Below are positions 39,341 to 50,919 of a stretch of DNA of 64,000 nt, piece by piece. Origin of the DNA: an uncultured delta proteobacterium (GTDB lineage Bacteria; Myxococcota_A; Polyangia; Polyangiales; Polyangiaceae); the NCBI GenBank assembly GCA_963806225.1, contig CAWDXG010000004.1, positions 1,088,001 to 1,152,000 of the forward strand, written 5' to 3'. Each line of letters begins with the position of its first letter. Position 1 is the first letter of the stretch. The position numbers were made by a program, and so were the translations under genes. The notes below the pieces were generated by a model. That model was not told the DNA's origin. It ran no database searches and saw only the letters and a list, made by a program, of their open reading frames with translations.

Positions 39341-40852
39341 ATGCGGCACGCGCTGCGGCGGATCCTGTGGATCGTGCCGACGCTCGTCGTGATTTCGATC
39401 GCCGCGTTCTGGCTGCTCTCCGCCACCCTCGGCTGGACACCCGCCGCCGAGCCCGGTCTCGATCCGTCCGCAGCCCGCCAACGCCTGGAGAAGCTGCCGC
39501 GTTTCTTCAATGCAGAGCCGGAAAACGTCCGCGATCTCGCCACCGAGGCGACCCGGCGCATCGCGGCGGGGGGCCCCGGCGCGCGAGCGGCCCGCGGCGA
39601 GCTCGCCCGGCTCGGCGGCGCGGCGCTCCCCCACGTCCTGCCGCGCCTGGACGCGCTGCCGCCCAGCGGGCGCGGCCGCGTCGCGTTGGCTCTGGCACCC
39701 GTCGCGCGACGGATGGGAGTCGGCAGTCCGGCTGAGCTCGGAGTGCCCGGGAGCGCCGTGGTGTTCTGGACGCGCTACTGGCAGGAGCGAGCCATCGATT
39801 TCCGGCCGGCCATCGTCCACCGGCTCGTGCAGCGCGTCGCAGAGCGCTCTTCGCTGATGCGGCGCGAGGACATCGCGAAGCTGGACACCTACGCCCTGCC
39901 CGAGTTGATCCACGAGCTCGGCAACGTCGAGACGCCGGAAGATGCCGCGCGCGTGCAGCGTCTGTCGGCATTGGCGGCCCACGTGACCGGACTTTCGTGG
40001 ACGCTGGCCGATGGAGCCACGGTCGTCCAGGCGCGCAGCGTGGCGGCCCGCTGGCGCCAGTGGTGGTCGCTGAACCGTTCGAGGTTCATCACATTCGACG
40101 GCCCCGGACGCGTCAGCGCGATGCTCATCGAGACGCAGTACGGCAAGTGGGCCGCTGAAGCCGTGCGGAACCGCCTGGGAGTCTCGCTCGACGGCCAGCC
40201 GGTGCTCGACGAGATGATCGCGCGCGCGCCGGTCACGCTGCTGTTGGTCGGATCCGGTCTTTTCGGCGGCTACGCGCTCGGGATCCTGCTCGGGCTCCTG
40301 GCCGCTTCGCGGGCCGGAAAGCCCTCGGACCACATCGCCTCCGCTCTGGCCGTCGGAATCGTCGCCCTGCCGGTGGCGACGCTGGCAGCGTCGGTCGCGC
40401 CGGGAGCGGGACAACGGGGTTCCTACGCCCTGGCTGCCATCCTGGTGCTGGTCGTGTCGGGCGCACTGGTCTCGCGCTACCAGCGCGCCGCGACGCTGAC
40501 CGCCCTGGACCAGGACTACTCGCGCACCCGCATGGCGTTCGGCGCGTCGCGGCTGCGCGTCGCGCTTGGCAGTTTCCGTGCCTCGAGCACACCCGCCATC
40601 TCGCTCCTGGGCGTGGACCTGCCGATGCTGGGCACGACAGCCTTCGTGGTCGAGCAGATCTTCCACCTGCCTGGGCTGGGGCCCGCGACGCTCCGGGCGG
40701 TGTCGAACCACGATCTGCCGTGGCTGATGGCCATGGCGCTGCTCGGCGCCCTCGGCGTGGCGCTCGTCCAGATCGCCAGCGATCTGCTGCTCCTGTGGCT
40801 CGACCCGCGCATCCGGGCAGCCGACGCCCGCAACCGTGGAGCGTTCGGATGA
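39341..40852 (+). CDS. DppB/OppB-like ABC permease with large helical periplasmic insertion
   Basis: LRRILWIVPTL N-terminus; DQDYSRTRMAFG (EAA-like loop); VVEQIFHLPGLG; LDPRIR. Confidence 0.8.
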   Translation: MRHALRRILWIVPTLVVISIAAFWLLSATLGWTPAAEPGLDPSAARQRLEKLPRFFNAEPENVRDLATEATRRIAAGGPGARAARGELARLGGAALPHVLPRLDALPPSGRGRVALALAPVARRMGVGSPAELGVPGSAVVFWTRYWQERAIDFRPAIVHRLVQRVAERSSLMRREDIAKLDTYALPELIHELGNVETPEDAARVQRLSALAAHVTGLSWTLADGATVVQARSVAARWRQWWSLNRSRFITFDGPGRVSAMLIETQYGKWAAEAVRNRLGVSLDGQPVLDEMIARAPVTLLLVGSGLFGGYALGILLGLLAASRAGKPSDHIASALAVGIVALPVATLAASVAPGAGQRGSYALAAILVLVVSGALVSRYQRAATLTALDQDYSRTRMAFGASRLRVALGSFRASSTPAISLLGVDLPMLGTTAFVVEQIFHLPGLGPATLRAVSNHDLPWLMAMALLGALGVALVQIASDLLLLWLDPRIRAADARNRGAFG

Positions 40853-41814
40853 ACGCGATCCTCCGGCGCCCCGCAGCCCGCGTCGGCCTTCTGTACCTGG
40901 CCCTTCTGGTGCTGGTCGCGGTTTTCTCGGATCTGATCGCCTCGAGCGCGCCCATCGTGATGTCGGAGCACGGTCACGTCAGCGTGCTGCCCGCCGTCAC
41001 CGCGCCGGCCAGCGTGCGGGGCCGGGACGCGGCTGCCATCGCCGCCAGCCTGGGACCGGACGACTGGGCGGTGTGGGCACCCATCCGCGCGGACGAGCGG
41101 TCCATCGGCACGGGACGCATCACTAGCAGCCGCGACGCCATCGCGTTGACGGTGCTTGCTACGCGCAACGAAGTCATCCTCGTATTCGGAGTGGTGCTGT
41201 TCGCCACCCTGGGCGGCACACTGCTCGGCGCGATCGCCGGCTACGCATCGCCCTTCATCGACGCCGTTCTGGCGCGTCTCGTCGAGCTGGGCGGGGCGAT
41301 GCCGACCTTGGTGCTGCTCGCCATCGCACTGGGCACCCACCGTCTCCCACCGCTGCTCGCGTTCGTGCTGGTGCTGGGACTGCTCAGGGCGATCCGCACA
41401 GCGAGGCTGGTGCGGGGCGAGGTGCTGCGGGTTTCGGGGCAGGATTTCGTGATGGCGGCACGCGCACTCGGCACCCCGCCCGGTCGTCTGCTGGAGACCC
41501 AGATCCTGCCGCACGCTCTGGGCCCCGCCCTGGTCAGCGCAGCCTTCACCGGAGCCGCCGCCGTCGGCCTCGAGTCCGCGCTGGCGCTCGCCGGGCCCGA
41601 ATCCCCCGGTTTCGCGAGCTGGGGCACGCTTCTGGGGAGCGGCTCCAGCGTGGGAGTGCTGCTGTGGCCGGCGCTGGCCATTCTGTTGACCACCGGGGCG
41701 TTCTACGCGCTGGCGGAGGCATGCGACGACGCGCTCTCGGTCCGCCGGCGGCGGGCGGCGGAGGCAGATCACCGGTCACGGTCAGCCAGGCGCTTGCGGC
41801 GCGCCCGGGGATGA
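40849..41814 (+). CDS. DppC/OppC-like ABC permease
   Basis: LGAIAGY, ARLVRGEVL, DFVMAARALG, ILPHALGP, SWGTLL. Confidence 0.88.
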   Translation: MNAILRRPAARVGLLYLALLVLVAVFSDLIASSAPIVMSEHGHVSVLPAVTAPASVRGRDAAAIAASLGPDDWAVWAPIRADERSIGTGRITSSRDAIALTVLATRNEVILVFGVVLFATLGGTLLGAIAGYASPFIDAVLARLVELGGAMPTLVLLAIALGTHRLPPLLAFVLVLGLLRAIRTARLVRGEVLRVSGQDFVMAARALGTPPGRLLETQILPHALGPALVSAAFTGAAAVGLESALALAGPESPGFASWGTLLGSGSSVGVLLWPALAILLTTGAFYALAEACDDALSVRRRRAAEADHRSRSARRLRRARG

Positions 41815-41827
41815 CTAGAAAGGCGTC

Positions 41828-42469
41828 ATGGCGCTCCAGGCAGTCACCGAACAGAACTTCGAGCAGGAGATCCTACGCAGCGAGCTGCCCGTCCTCGTCG
41901 AGTTCGGAGCCGAATGGTGCGGCCCGTGCAAGACGGTCGCGCCGGAGCTCGAATCGCTCGCACTCGAGCTCGACGGCAAGGCGAAGATCGTCTCCATCGA
42001 CATCGACCAGGCACCGCTGCTGGCGCGGGAGATGGGCATCCAGTCGGTGCCGACGTTCGTGGTGTTCCACCAGGGTCGTCCGGTCAACGGCAAGGTCGGC
42101 GCGCTCCGGCGCGCGCAGCTCAAGGAGCTGCTGGATCCCGTGTTGCCCCGGGCGGCCGGCGCGCTCAAGCCCGAGGAAGTCGCGGAGCTCTTGAAGCAGG
42201 CGCGGATCAGCCTGGTCGATACGCGGGAGTCGGCGGTGTTCCAGCGCGCGCACATCGCGGGGGCGGTCAACATGCCGCTCGGCGAGATCGAGACCCGGCT
42301 GGCCGAGCTGCACATGCTGCCGAACCAACCTGTCATCTACTGCCGCGCCGGAGACCAGACCAAGGACCTGGCGGCCAAGCTGGCCGAGCAGGGCGTGCCC
42401 GTAGCGTTCATGGAGGGCGGCGTGCTCGCCTGGGAAGCGGCAGGCTTCTCGCTCGAGCGCCCCGACTGA
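41828..42469 (+). CDS. Thioredoxin-rhodanese fusion protein
   Basis: WCGPC and IQSVPT; then LVDTRE, HIAGAVNMP, IYCRAG, MEGGVLAW. Confidence 0.9.
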   Translation: MALQAVTEQNFEQEILRSELPVLVEFGAEWCGPCKTVAPELESLALELDGKAKIVSIDIDQAPLLAREMGIQSVPTFVVFHQGRPVNGKVGALRRAQLKELLDPVLPRAAGALKPEEVAELLKQARISLVDTRESAVFQRAHIAGAVNMPLGEIETRLAELHMLPNQPVIYCRAGDQTKDLAAKLAEQGVPVAFMEGGVLAWEAAGFSLERPD

Positions 42470-42496
42470 TAGCTTCCCGCCGCACTTTTCGAGGAC

Positions 42497-43803
42497 CTAC
42501 GGCAACGCGCGGCCGGCCGCTTCCAGCGCTGCAGCGATCACCTCGCGCACCGGGACGCCGGCGCTGCGCGCCGCGTCCACGCAGGCATCGAACTCCGGCT
42601 TCAGCTGCGGCGCGCCATACGGCCCTTCGCTGATTTTCACCGGAAGGAGGCCGAAGCGCGTCTCGACTTCAACGACCCGGCGCGGCCGCTCCGTCCGCGT
42701 CGCCGGCGTCCGCCTGAGGCCGATCGAGCTCGTCTCGCGCAGCATCACCTCGGCTACGCGATCAGCGCCCTCGCTCGCCGCCAGCGCGGCCAGCGTCAGC
42801 GCGGGCCGACCCTTCTTCATGGTGATGGGCACCGCCCAGGCGTCCAGCGCTCCCGAAGCGAGCAGCGCCTCGATGGCGTGGGCCGCGAGCTCGCCGGTCA
42901 TGTCGTCGACATTGGCTTCCAGCACGACGTGGCTCGCGGCGCCTTCTGCGCGCGGCGCCTGGGAACTGCCGAGCACCACGCGCAGCGCGTTCGGCCGATC
43001 GACGAGATCCTGCGTTCCCCGTCCCCAGCCGATATGTTCCGGCACCATCGGCGGCCAGCGCTCGAACCGCTGGACCAACGCGCCCACGATGGCAGCGCCG
43101 GTCGGCGTCACGAGCTCCGCGTCGATGCCCGCGTCGTACGTCGGAACCCCGCGCAGGCATCCGACGGTCGCCGGCGCGGGCAGAGGCAGCACGCCATGGC
43201 GGCATTCCACGCTCCCGCGTCCCATCGGCAGCGGCGCCGAGACCAGCTCCGCACCCAGGTAGGCGATGCACGCCGAGGCTCCCACGATATCCACGATGGC
43301 ATCGACCGCACCCACCTCGTGGAAATGGACCTCGTCGATCGGAATGCGATGCACCTCGCTCTCCGCCTCGGCAAGGCGCCGGAACACGCGGCGCGATAGC
43401 TCGCGCGTGCGCGCCTCGAGCGGCGCCCTTTCGAGCAGCGCGTCGATTTCGCTGTAGCTCCGCTCCGTGCCGCCCGGCTCGATCACCACATCGAATTTCG
43501 TGGCGCCGATGGCTCCAGCATAGGCCCGCCGGAGCTCGAGCTGGACTCCACCGAGCGCCAGCTGCTCCACCGCCCGCTCCACCACCTCGAACGGCACACC
43601 GAGATCCACCAGCGCCGCGATGGTCATGTCGCCGGCAATGCCGCTGAACGTGTCGAGGAACAGCAGCCTGCCGGCTCCCGCCCCCGGCTCGAGCGGCGCG
43701 CGGTGGGCTTCGGCGGGGCCTTCGAGATCGCCGTGACCGTGGTCGTGATCGTGATCGTGATCGTGGCCGTGGTCGTGATCGTGGCCGTGACCGTGACCGC
43801 CGC

Positions 43804-43807
<4 letters not shown>
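42497..43807 (-). CDS. larC: Nickel-pincer cofactor biosynthesis protein LarC with His-rich N-terminus
   Basis: SGIAGDMTIAAL, VHFHEVGAVD, ELVTPTGAA, EANVDD, TMKKGRP, KPEFD; HGHGHDHDH leader; GTG start overlapping the larB stop. Confidence 0.92.
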
Positions 43808-44577
<770 letters not shown>

Positions 44578-44665
44578 CGCCGATGATGTACCGGGATCCC
44601 GGCGCCTGGACAAGCTGCGCGGAGGGCACTTCCGCCGGGACCGGCTTCGTGGTTGTGTCCAGACC

Positions 44666-45214
44666 GTGCCGGCCCCCACCGCACCACTCCTCGGGTTCGT
44701 GCTCGGCGTCGCCTTCGCCTGGGCTGCTGCGGACGAGCTGGCCCGCGCCGGTGGCATGGGGACGACAAGCCGCTCCATGGTCGTGGTGACGTTGTTCAGC
44801 CTGCTGGTCTTCAGCCCGATCGCCGCGTACTTCCTGGCGTTCGCGCCGGACTGGTCCTACGCCTACGTCGTCGATCCGCAGCGGTTGCCCAGCGCGGTCG
44901 ACCTGGGCCTGGTCCTGCTCGACGTGGCCAGCGTACCCGCCGGCTTCGCTCTCGCGGCCCGGCGTGCCGGCCAACGCAGGCTCGGGCCACTCGTGAAGCT
45001 GGCGGCGGCGCCGGCACTGGGCGCGCTCTTGATCCTGGTGGCCGGTTTCCAGCGACTGGCGGTCCAGGGCACCTTCGCCCAGTTCCACGGCGACTTCGGA
45101 ACCCGGTCGGTCGCCGGCAGCCCGCTCGGCTATTCGCTGCTCTGGATGGCCGCCGTACTGGCCGGAGGCGTCCTCTGGACAGCCCGCTCCCTGCGCCGGA
45201 TCAGCAACTCGTGA
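44666..45214 (+). CDS. Integral membrane protein (about 5 TM)
   Basis: Hydrophobic helices; FAPDWSYAY motif. Confidence 0.7.
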   Translation: MPAPTAPLLGFVLGVAFAWAAADELARAGGMGTTSRSMVVVTLFSLLVFSPIAAYFLAFAPDWSYAYVVDPQRLPSAVDLGLVLLDVASVPAGFALAARRAGQRRLGPLVKLAAAPALGALLILVAGFQRLAVQGTFAQFHGDFGTRSVAGSPLGYSLLWMAAVLAGGVLWTARSLRRISNS

Positions 45215-45305
45215 CGCAGTCGGAGCCCGACGCCGCGAGTTCCTTGCCCGGGCGGGATCCGGGTTGTTGACGGCGGGCTTCCGAGGCGACAGGTTGAGCC
45301 CCCAA

Positions 45306-46670
45306 ATGGCGGACGACGAAACGAAGGAGCTGGTCGACCTGGCCAGCCGCGTGGTGGAAGCGGCGAAGAAGGCCGGCGCCGACGTGGCCGAGGCGAGCGC
45401 CCGCTCGGGCTGGGAGCTCAGCGCCAAGGTGCGCCTCGGCGAGGTCGAGCTGGTGGAAGAGGCGGGGACGCGAGGCGTCTCGCTGCGCGTGATGAAGGAC
45501 CAGTCCGTCGCCCTGACCGCCACCAGCGATCTGACGGAGGCAGGCCTCGAGCGCTGCGTGGCGGATGCGCTCATGCTCGCAGAGCTGAGCGAGCCGGACC
45601 CCTACGCCGGCCCTGCCGACCCGGCACTGCTCGCCAGCGCTCCACACCCCGATCTCGAACTGTACGACCCGGCCGTCGAACGGGTCGACGCCGACGAGGC
45701 CATCGCCCGCGCACGCAAGGGCGAGCGCGCGGCGCTCGACTTCGACAAGCGGCTCGAGCTCAGCGAGGGGGCCACGTTCTCGCGCACCGCCTCGACCAGC
45801 GCCCTGGTTCTATCGAGTGGCTTCACCGGTGCTCTCAGCGGCTCGTACGCGTCTCTGGTGGTCTCGCCGGTGGTCGAGGACGAGGGCGGGAAGCGACGCA
45901 GGGGCCACTACTGGACAGCCCGCCGCCATCTCGACGAGCTCGACAGCGAAGCGTCCGTCGGCGAGGAGGCCGCGCGCCGCACGCTGGCCAAGCTGGGCGC
46001 GCGCAAGGTGCCGACCTGCGAAGTCCCGGTGGTGTTCGACCCCGACGTGGCAAGGTCGCTGGTCGGCACGCTGGCCGGCTGTATTCTCGGAGGCGCCATC
46101 TGGCGCAAGTCGAGCTATCTGGCAGAGCGCGAAGGCAGCGAGATCGCGAGCCCGCTCGTCACGATCATCGACGATCCTCTGATCCCGCGGGCACCCGGCT
46201 CCCGGCCGTTCGACGGCGAGGGACTGCGCTCGCGCCAAAACCAGGTCGTCAAGGCCGGCGTACTGGAAACCTTCCTGCTCGACAGCTACGCCGCCCGCAA
46301 ACTGGGGCGCGAGACCACCGCCAGCGCCGGACGCGGCGGAGGCTCGGTCGCCTCGACGACCAGCAACTTCGTGCTGCAGCCGGGCCAGCAGACGCGCGAC
46401 GAGATCATCGCGTCCACGAAGCGGGGCCTGTACGTGACGGACATGATGGGCTTCGGCTTCAATGCCATCACCGGCGACTACTCGCGCGGGGCGAGCGGTT
46501 TCTGGATCGAGGACGGCAAGCTCGCCTATCCGGTAAGCGAGATCACCGTGTCGTCCAACCTCGACAGCATGCTCAAGGGCATCGACGCGGTCGGCGACGA
46601 TCTGGATCTGAAGACCTCGACCGCCGCGCCGACCCTGCGCGTCCGCTCGATGACGCTCGCCGGGACCTGA
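45306..46670 (+). CDS. pmbA: TldE/PmbA family protein
   Basis: AGADVAEA, SRPFDGEG, GFNAITGDYSRGASGFWIEDG, PVSEITV; no HExxH seen. Confidence 0.9.
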   Translation: MADDETKELVDLASRVVEAAKKAGADVAEASARSGWELSAKVRLGEVELVEEAGTRGVSLRVMKDQSVALTATSDLTEAGLERCVADALMLAELSEPDPYAGPADPALLASAPHPDLELYDPAVERVDADEAIARARKGERAALDFDKRLELSEGATFSRTASTSALVLSSGFTGALSGSYASLVVSPVVEDEGGKRRRGHYWTARRHLDELDSEASVGEEAARRTLAKLGARKVPTCEVPVVFDPDVARSLVGTLAGCILGGAIWRKSSYLAEREGSEIASPLVTIIDDPLIPRAPGSRPFDGEGLRSRQNQVVKAGVLETFLLDSYAARKLGRETTASAGRGGGSVASTTSNFVLQPGQQTRDEIIASTKRGLYVTDMMGFGFNAITGDYSRGASGFWIEDGKLAYPVSEITVSSNLDSMLKGIDAVGDDLDLKTSTAAPTLRVRSMTLAGT

Positions 46671-46683
46671 GCGACCTCGACGC

Positions 46684-48177
46684 TCACTCGGCGAGCCGGT
46701 TGGGTGCGCCGGGCGAGGCGCCCTTGCCCGCGGACAGCCCGAACGAGCGCGGGGCGTCGTCCAGCGACCACGGATGCCGGCGCGCGACGCTGATGCCGGC
46801 CTTGGGCTTCGGCACGGCCGGGAAGCGCGACATCACGCGACCCGACGCATCGTCGAGCTCCAGCGGCTCGCCCGCGTTGGACAGGCCGTGACTCCCGATC
46901 GCCGGAACGCGCAGCAGCGCGAGCCCGGGCGGCGGCGCAGGGTCCAGCCCGTCGTCCCGCACGAAGTCCTCGCGCACGACCAACACGAAAGCCTGTGGCT
47001 CGATCACGTGCGCCGGCAGCAAGCTCCCGCCGCCGATATCCGACAGCGTCCAGCCGTCGAGGTCGACCGCAGTGGTGCCGTCGTTGACGAGCTCGACCCA
47101 CTCCTCCGTCGGCTCGGGGCCGAGCGGATTGGCGAGCACCTCGTTGACCACGACGTGCGGCCGGGCCCCGAACGTCGACAGCTGGAAGCTCGAGTGCAGC
47201 TCGTGCCCGCCCACGTCGAGCGTGGTCATCTCGAGCGGCTGGGTCGCCGACACCGCGAGTCCGCGCACGACGAAGCGCGCGGCGGCGGCGGCCCCCCGCA
47301 GCGTCACCGCGCCCGGCGTCACGATCGCCCAGAACAGCGGGGCCGAGGGCGTCCTGACGACGAGGCGGTCGTCTTCCACCTCCGCACAGCCGGGACCGAA
47401 GTGGAACTCCCCAGCGGAGCAGTCCGGCGGCGCGGGCGAAGCCACACTTCGGTTTTCGAGCGGTGCCGGGTCCAGCGCAATGTCGCTGGCGCGAGGCGGC
47501 GGCATGAAGGTGCCGCCATCGGGCAGCGCACCGGACGACAGGTGCACGCACGCGCCCCGGCCGACGCCGGCGCTGCCGACGCCGGGCGCCATGCGCGCGG
47601 GGATGTGGCCTGGCGATAGCTCCACGTCCGCCGCGGCCGTCGGCGCGCCGCTGTCGGCGCAATAGACGGCGTGGCGCGCTCCGCCTCCCGCGTCCGGCGG
47701 CGGCCACACGCGACCGAAAAGCGGCAGCGCGCCGGCTTCGCGGATGCGCACGGTGGCGACGAGCCCGAGGTCCGGTGAAGCGAGGCTGTACATGCCGCCA
47801 GCAGCGAGCGGCACCGTCGGGGCCAGCACCAGCACGCCGCCGTCGGCCTCGGCCCATGCCATCGACGGTACGCGGCGCTCGAGCAGGGTCTTCGGGAGAT
47901 CCTGCTTCTCGATGCGGCGCAGGTGGTAGCTGTCGAGCGCTCCCTGGTACAGGCCGAGTGCCGAGGCGGACCCGGGCGTGCCCGGCGGCAGCTCGACCCT
48001 CAACCGCAGCACCCGCGGAGCCGCAGAAGGCGAGGCGTCGGGCTCGAGCGCGACCGCCACCGCAGCGTCCACACCGGCATCCCCGCCCGGACGCACAGGC
48101 GGGTCGGGGAGCGGAGCGCGGCAGCGGCTTGCCGCAACGAGGATCAGAACCACGAACAGAAGGGCCAGAGCGCGCAT
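46684..48177 (-). CDS. Exported lamin-tail-domain protein
   Basis: Signal peptide; VVVNEVLANP, EWVELVN, VDLDGWTL, GLSNAGE, SPGAPN. Confidence 0.8.
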   Translation of the reverse strand: MRALALLFVVLILVAASRCRAPLPDPPVRPGGDAGVDAAVAVALEPDASPSAAPRVLRLRVELPPGTPGSASALGLYQGALDSYHLRRIEKQDLPKTLLERRVPSMAWAEADGGVLVLAPTVPLAAGGMYSLASPDLGLVATVRIREAGALPLFGRVWPPPDAGGGARHAVYCADSGAPTAAADVELSPGHIPARMAPGVGSAGVGRGACVHLSSGALPDGGTFMPPPRASDIALDPAPLENRSVASPAPPDCSAGEFHFGPGCAEVEDDRLVVRTPSAPLFWAIVTPGAVTLRGAAAAARFVVRGLAVSATQPLEMTTLDVGGHELHSSFQLSTFGARPHVVVNEVLANPLGPEPTEEWVELVNDGTTAVDLDGWTLSDIGGGSLLPAHVIEPQAFVLVVREDFVRDDGLDPAPPPGLALLRVPAIGSHGLSNAGEPLELDDASGRVMSRFPAVPKPKAGISVARRHPWSLDDAPRSFGLSAGKGASPGAPNRLAE

Positions 48178-48228
48178 GCCGCCCGCATCGGCCAGGAGCC
48201 GACCCGGGTTGCGTGCTACCGTCGCCGC

Positions 48229-48585
48229 GTGCTGCCCCAGGACATCAAGAACCTCCGCGAGGAGCTCTCATGCACAGCCCGCGAGCTGGCCGATACGCTG
48301 CAGATCGACCAGCTGACCGTGCTCGCCTGGGAGAAGGGCGAGCTGTTTCCGACCCGGCGATTCGTGAAGCAGATGGAGGCGCTCCAGAAGCAGGGCCCCG
48401 ACTCGATCGTGCGCATCAAACGCGGCCGATCGAAGAAGAAGACCGGGATGGCACGGCTCGACGACCCGAAGCTCTGGGAGCTCGTGCGCAAGCTGGTTGA
48501 GCATCCCGAGCTGTTCGATCAGGTCGTCAAGCTGGCCGATCACTTCGACGACCCGGCGCACCCGTCGAAGGCCGACGGCGCGTAG
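48229..48585 (+). CDS. XRE-family HTH regulator
   Basis: IKNLREELSCTARELADTLQIDQLTVLAWEKGELFP. Confidence 0.85.
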   Translation: MLPQDIKNLREELSCTARELADTLQIDQLTVLAWEKGELFPTRRFVKQMEALQKQGPDSIVRIKRGRSKKKTGMARLDDPKLWELVRKLVEHPELFDQVVKLADHFDDPAHPSKADGA

Positions 48586-48591
48586 CGTCGC

Positions 48592-49628
<1,037 letters not shown>

Positions 49629-49629
<1 letters not shown>

Positions 49630-50685
49630 CAGTCCGGTTCCGTCTCCGCCTGCTCTCCGCTTCCGGATTCGTCGCCGCCAGCCTGCTCTCCGATTCCGGA
49701 TTCGTCGCCGCCAGCCTGCTCTCCGATTCCGGATTCGTCGCCGCCAGCCTGCTCTCCGCTTCCGGATTCGTCGCCGCCAGCCTGCTCTCCGCTTCCGGAT
49801 TCGTCGCCGCCAGCCTGCTCTCCGATTCCGGATTCGTCGCCGCCAGCCTGCTCTCCGCTTCCGGATTCGTCCGTGACCGCGAACTCGACCAGGATCGGCT
49901 CCAGGGGCGCGTCCTGGTACAGGCGCGTCAGACGCAGGCGCGTCATCTCGAGCAGGGCGAGGAACGTCACGATCAGGTCCCCACGACTTCGTAGCCCCCT
50001 CGAACAGCTCGTCGAACCATGCGCGAGGTCGCCGCCTCAGCAGATCCGTCAGCTCGTTGATGCGGTCGGTGATGGAGAAGCGCTCGAGATCGATCTCGTG
50101 GTCGACGGTCGTCTTCGCGCGGTCGAGCACCGACTGGAACGCGTCCAGCAGCTTGAACAGCGAGAGCTGCGCGAGTGGCGCCGGTCCGTCGACGCTCGGC
50201 GCCGAGATGCCGCGCAGGAACACGTCGCGACCGAGCACGCTGCGATCGCCGAGCTGCCCGGCTGCATCCTTGTACTTCTGGTACTCGAGCAACCGCCGCA
50301 CCAGCTCCGCGCGCGGATCCATTTCCGCTTCGGCGTCGGCGTCTTCCTGATCCTCCGGCGGCGTCGGCAGGAGCATCTTCGACTTGATGTGCGCGAGCGT
50401 CGCCGCCATCACCAGATACTCGCTGGCTACATCGATGTTCAGCTCCTGCATGAGCTTGATGTACTCGACGTACTTTTCCGTGATGAACGCGATGGGGATG
50501 TCGCGGATGTCGATCTCGTGCTCCTGGATGAGATGCAGGAGCAGGTCGAGCGGGCCCTCGAACGTGGGCAGCTTCACCCGCCATCCGGGCTCTCCGGCAG
50601 ACTCCGCCGCGGGGGCGCCGGCGGGTGCAACAGCAGGCGCATTGGTGGCCGTCTGTTCGCCGTCCCGGTCGGGCGCATCGCTCAT
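49629..50685 (-). CDS. scpA: SMC-ScpAB kleisin ScpA (frameshift near 49985)
   Basis: FEGPLDLLLHLI, ASEYLVMAATLAHIKSKMLLP, ELVRRLLEYQKYK; TFLALLEM in another frame. Confidence 0.92.
49648..49871. repeat. 33-bp coding tandem repeat (~7 copies, DESG[S/I]GEQAGG)
   Basis: GCCTGCTCTCCG(C/A)TTCCGGATTCGTCGCCGCCA repeated head to tail. Confidence 0.95.
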
Positions 50686-50919
50686 ACGACGCCCTCCCGC
50701 GCCGGGTTCGGCACGATCGAAAGCGCACGGGACAAGCACATCGACATCGAATCAGGCCTGGAAACGGCGGCGGCAGCCCGGCCACCGGAACAGGGGCGGG
50801 AGCCTAGCAGCTCAGGCCCCCGAGGTGCGCTCCGGGATCGCCCTCCCGCGCGTTTCCGGCCAGGAGTCCGCCCGGCCCACGGGATTCACCCATCGGCCGC
50901 GCGTGCTAGCTTTCCGTCG

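Noticed and set aside
43731..43800. Another GACCG-type array
   Set aside because: It encodes the His-rich N-terminus of LarC, consistent with nickel binding.
49648..49871. Mini-CRISPR from 33-bp repeats
   Set aside because: Head-to-tail with no spacers and in frame within scpA.
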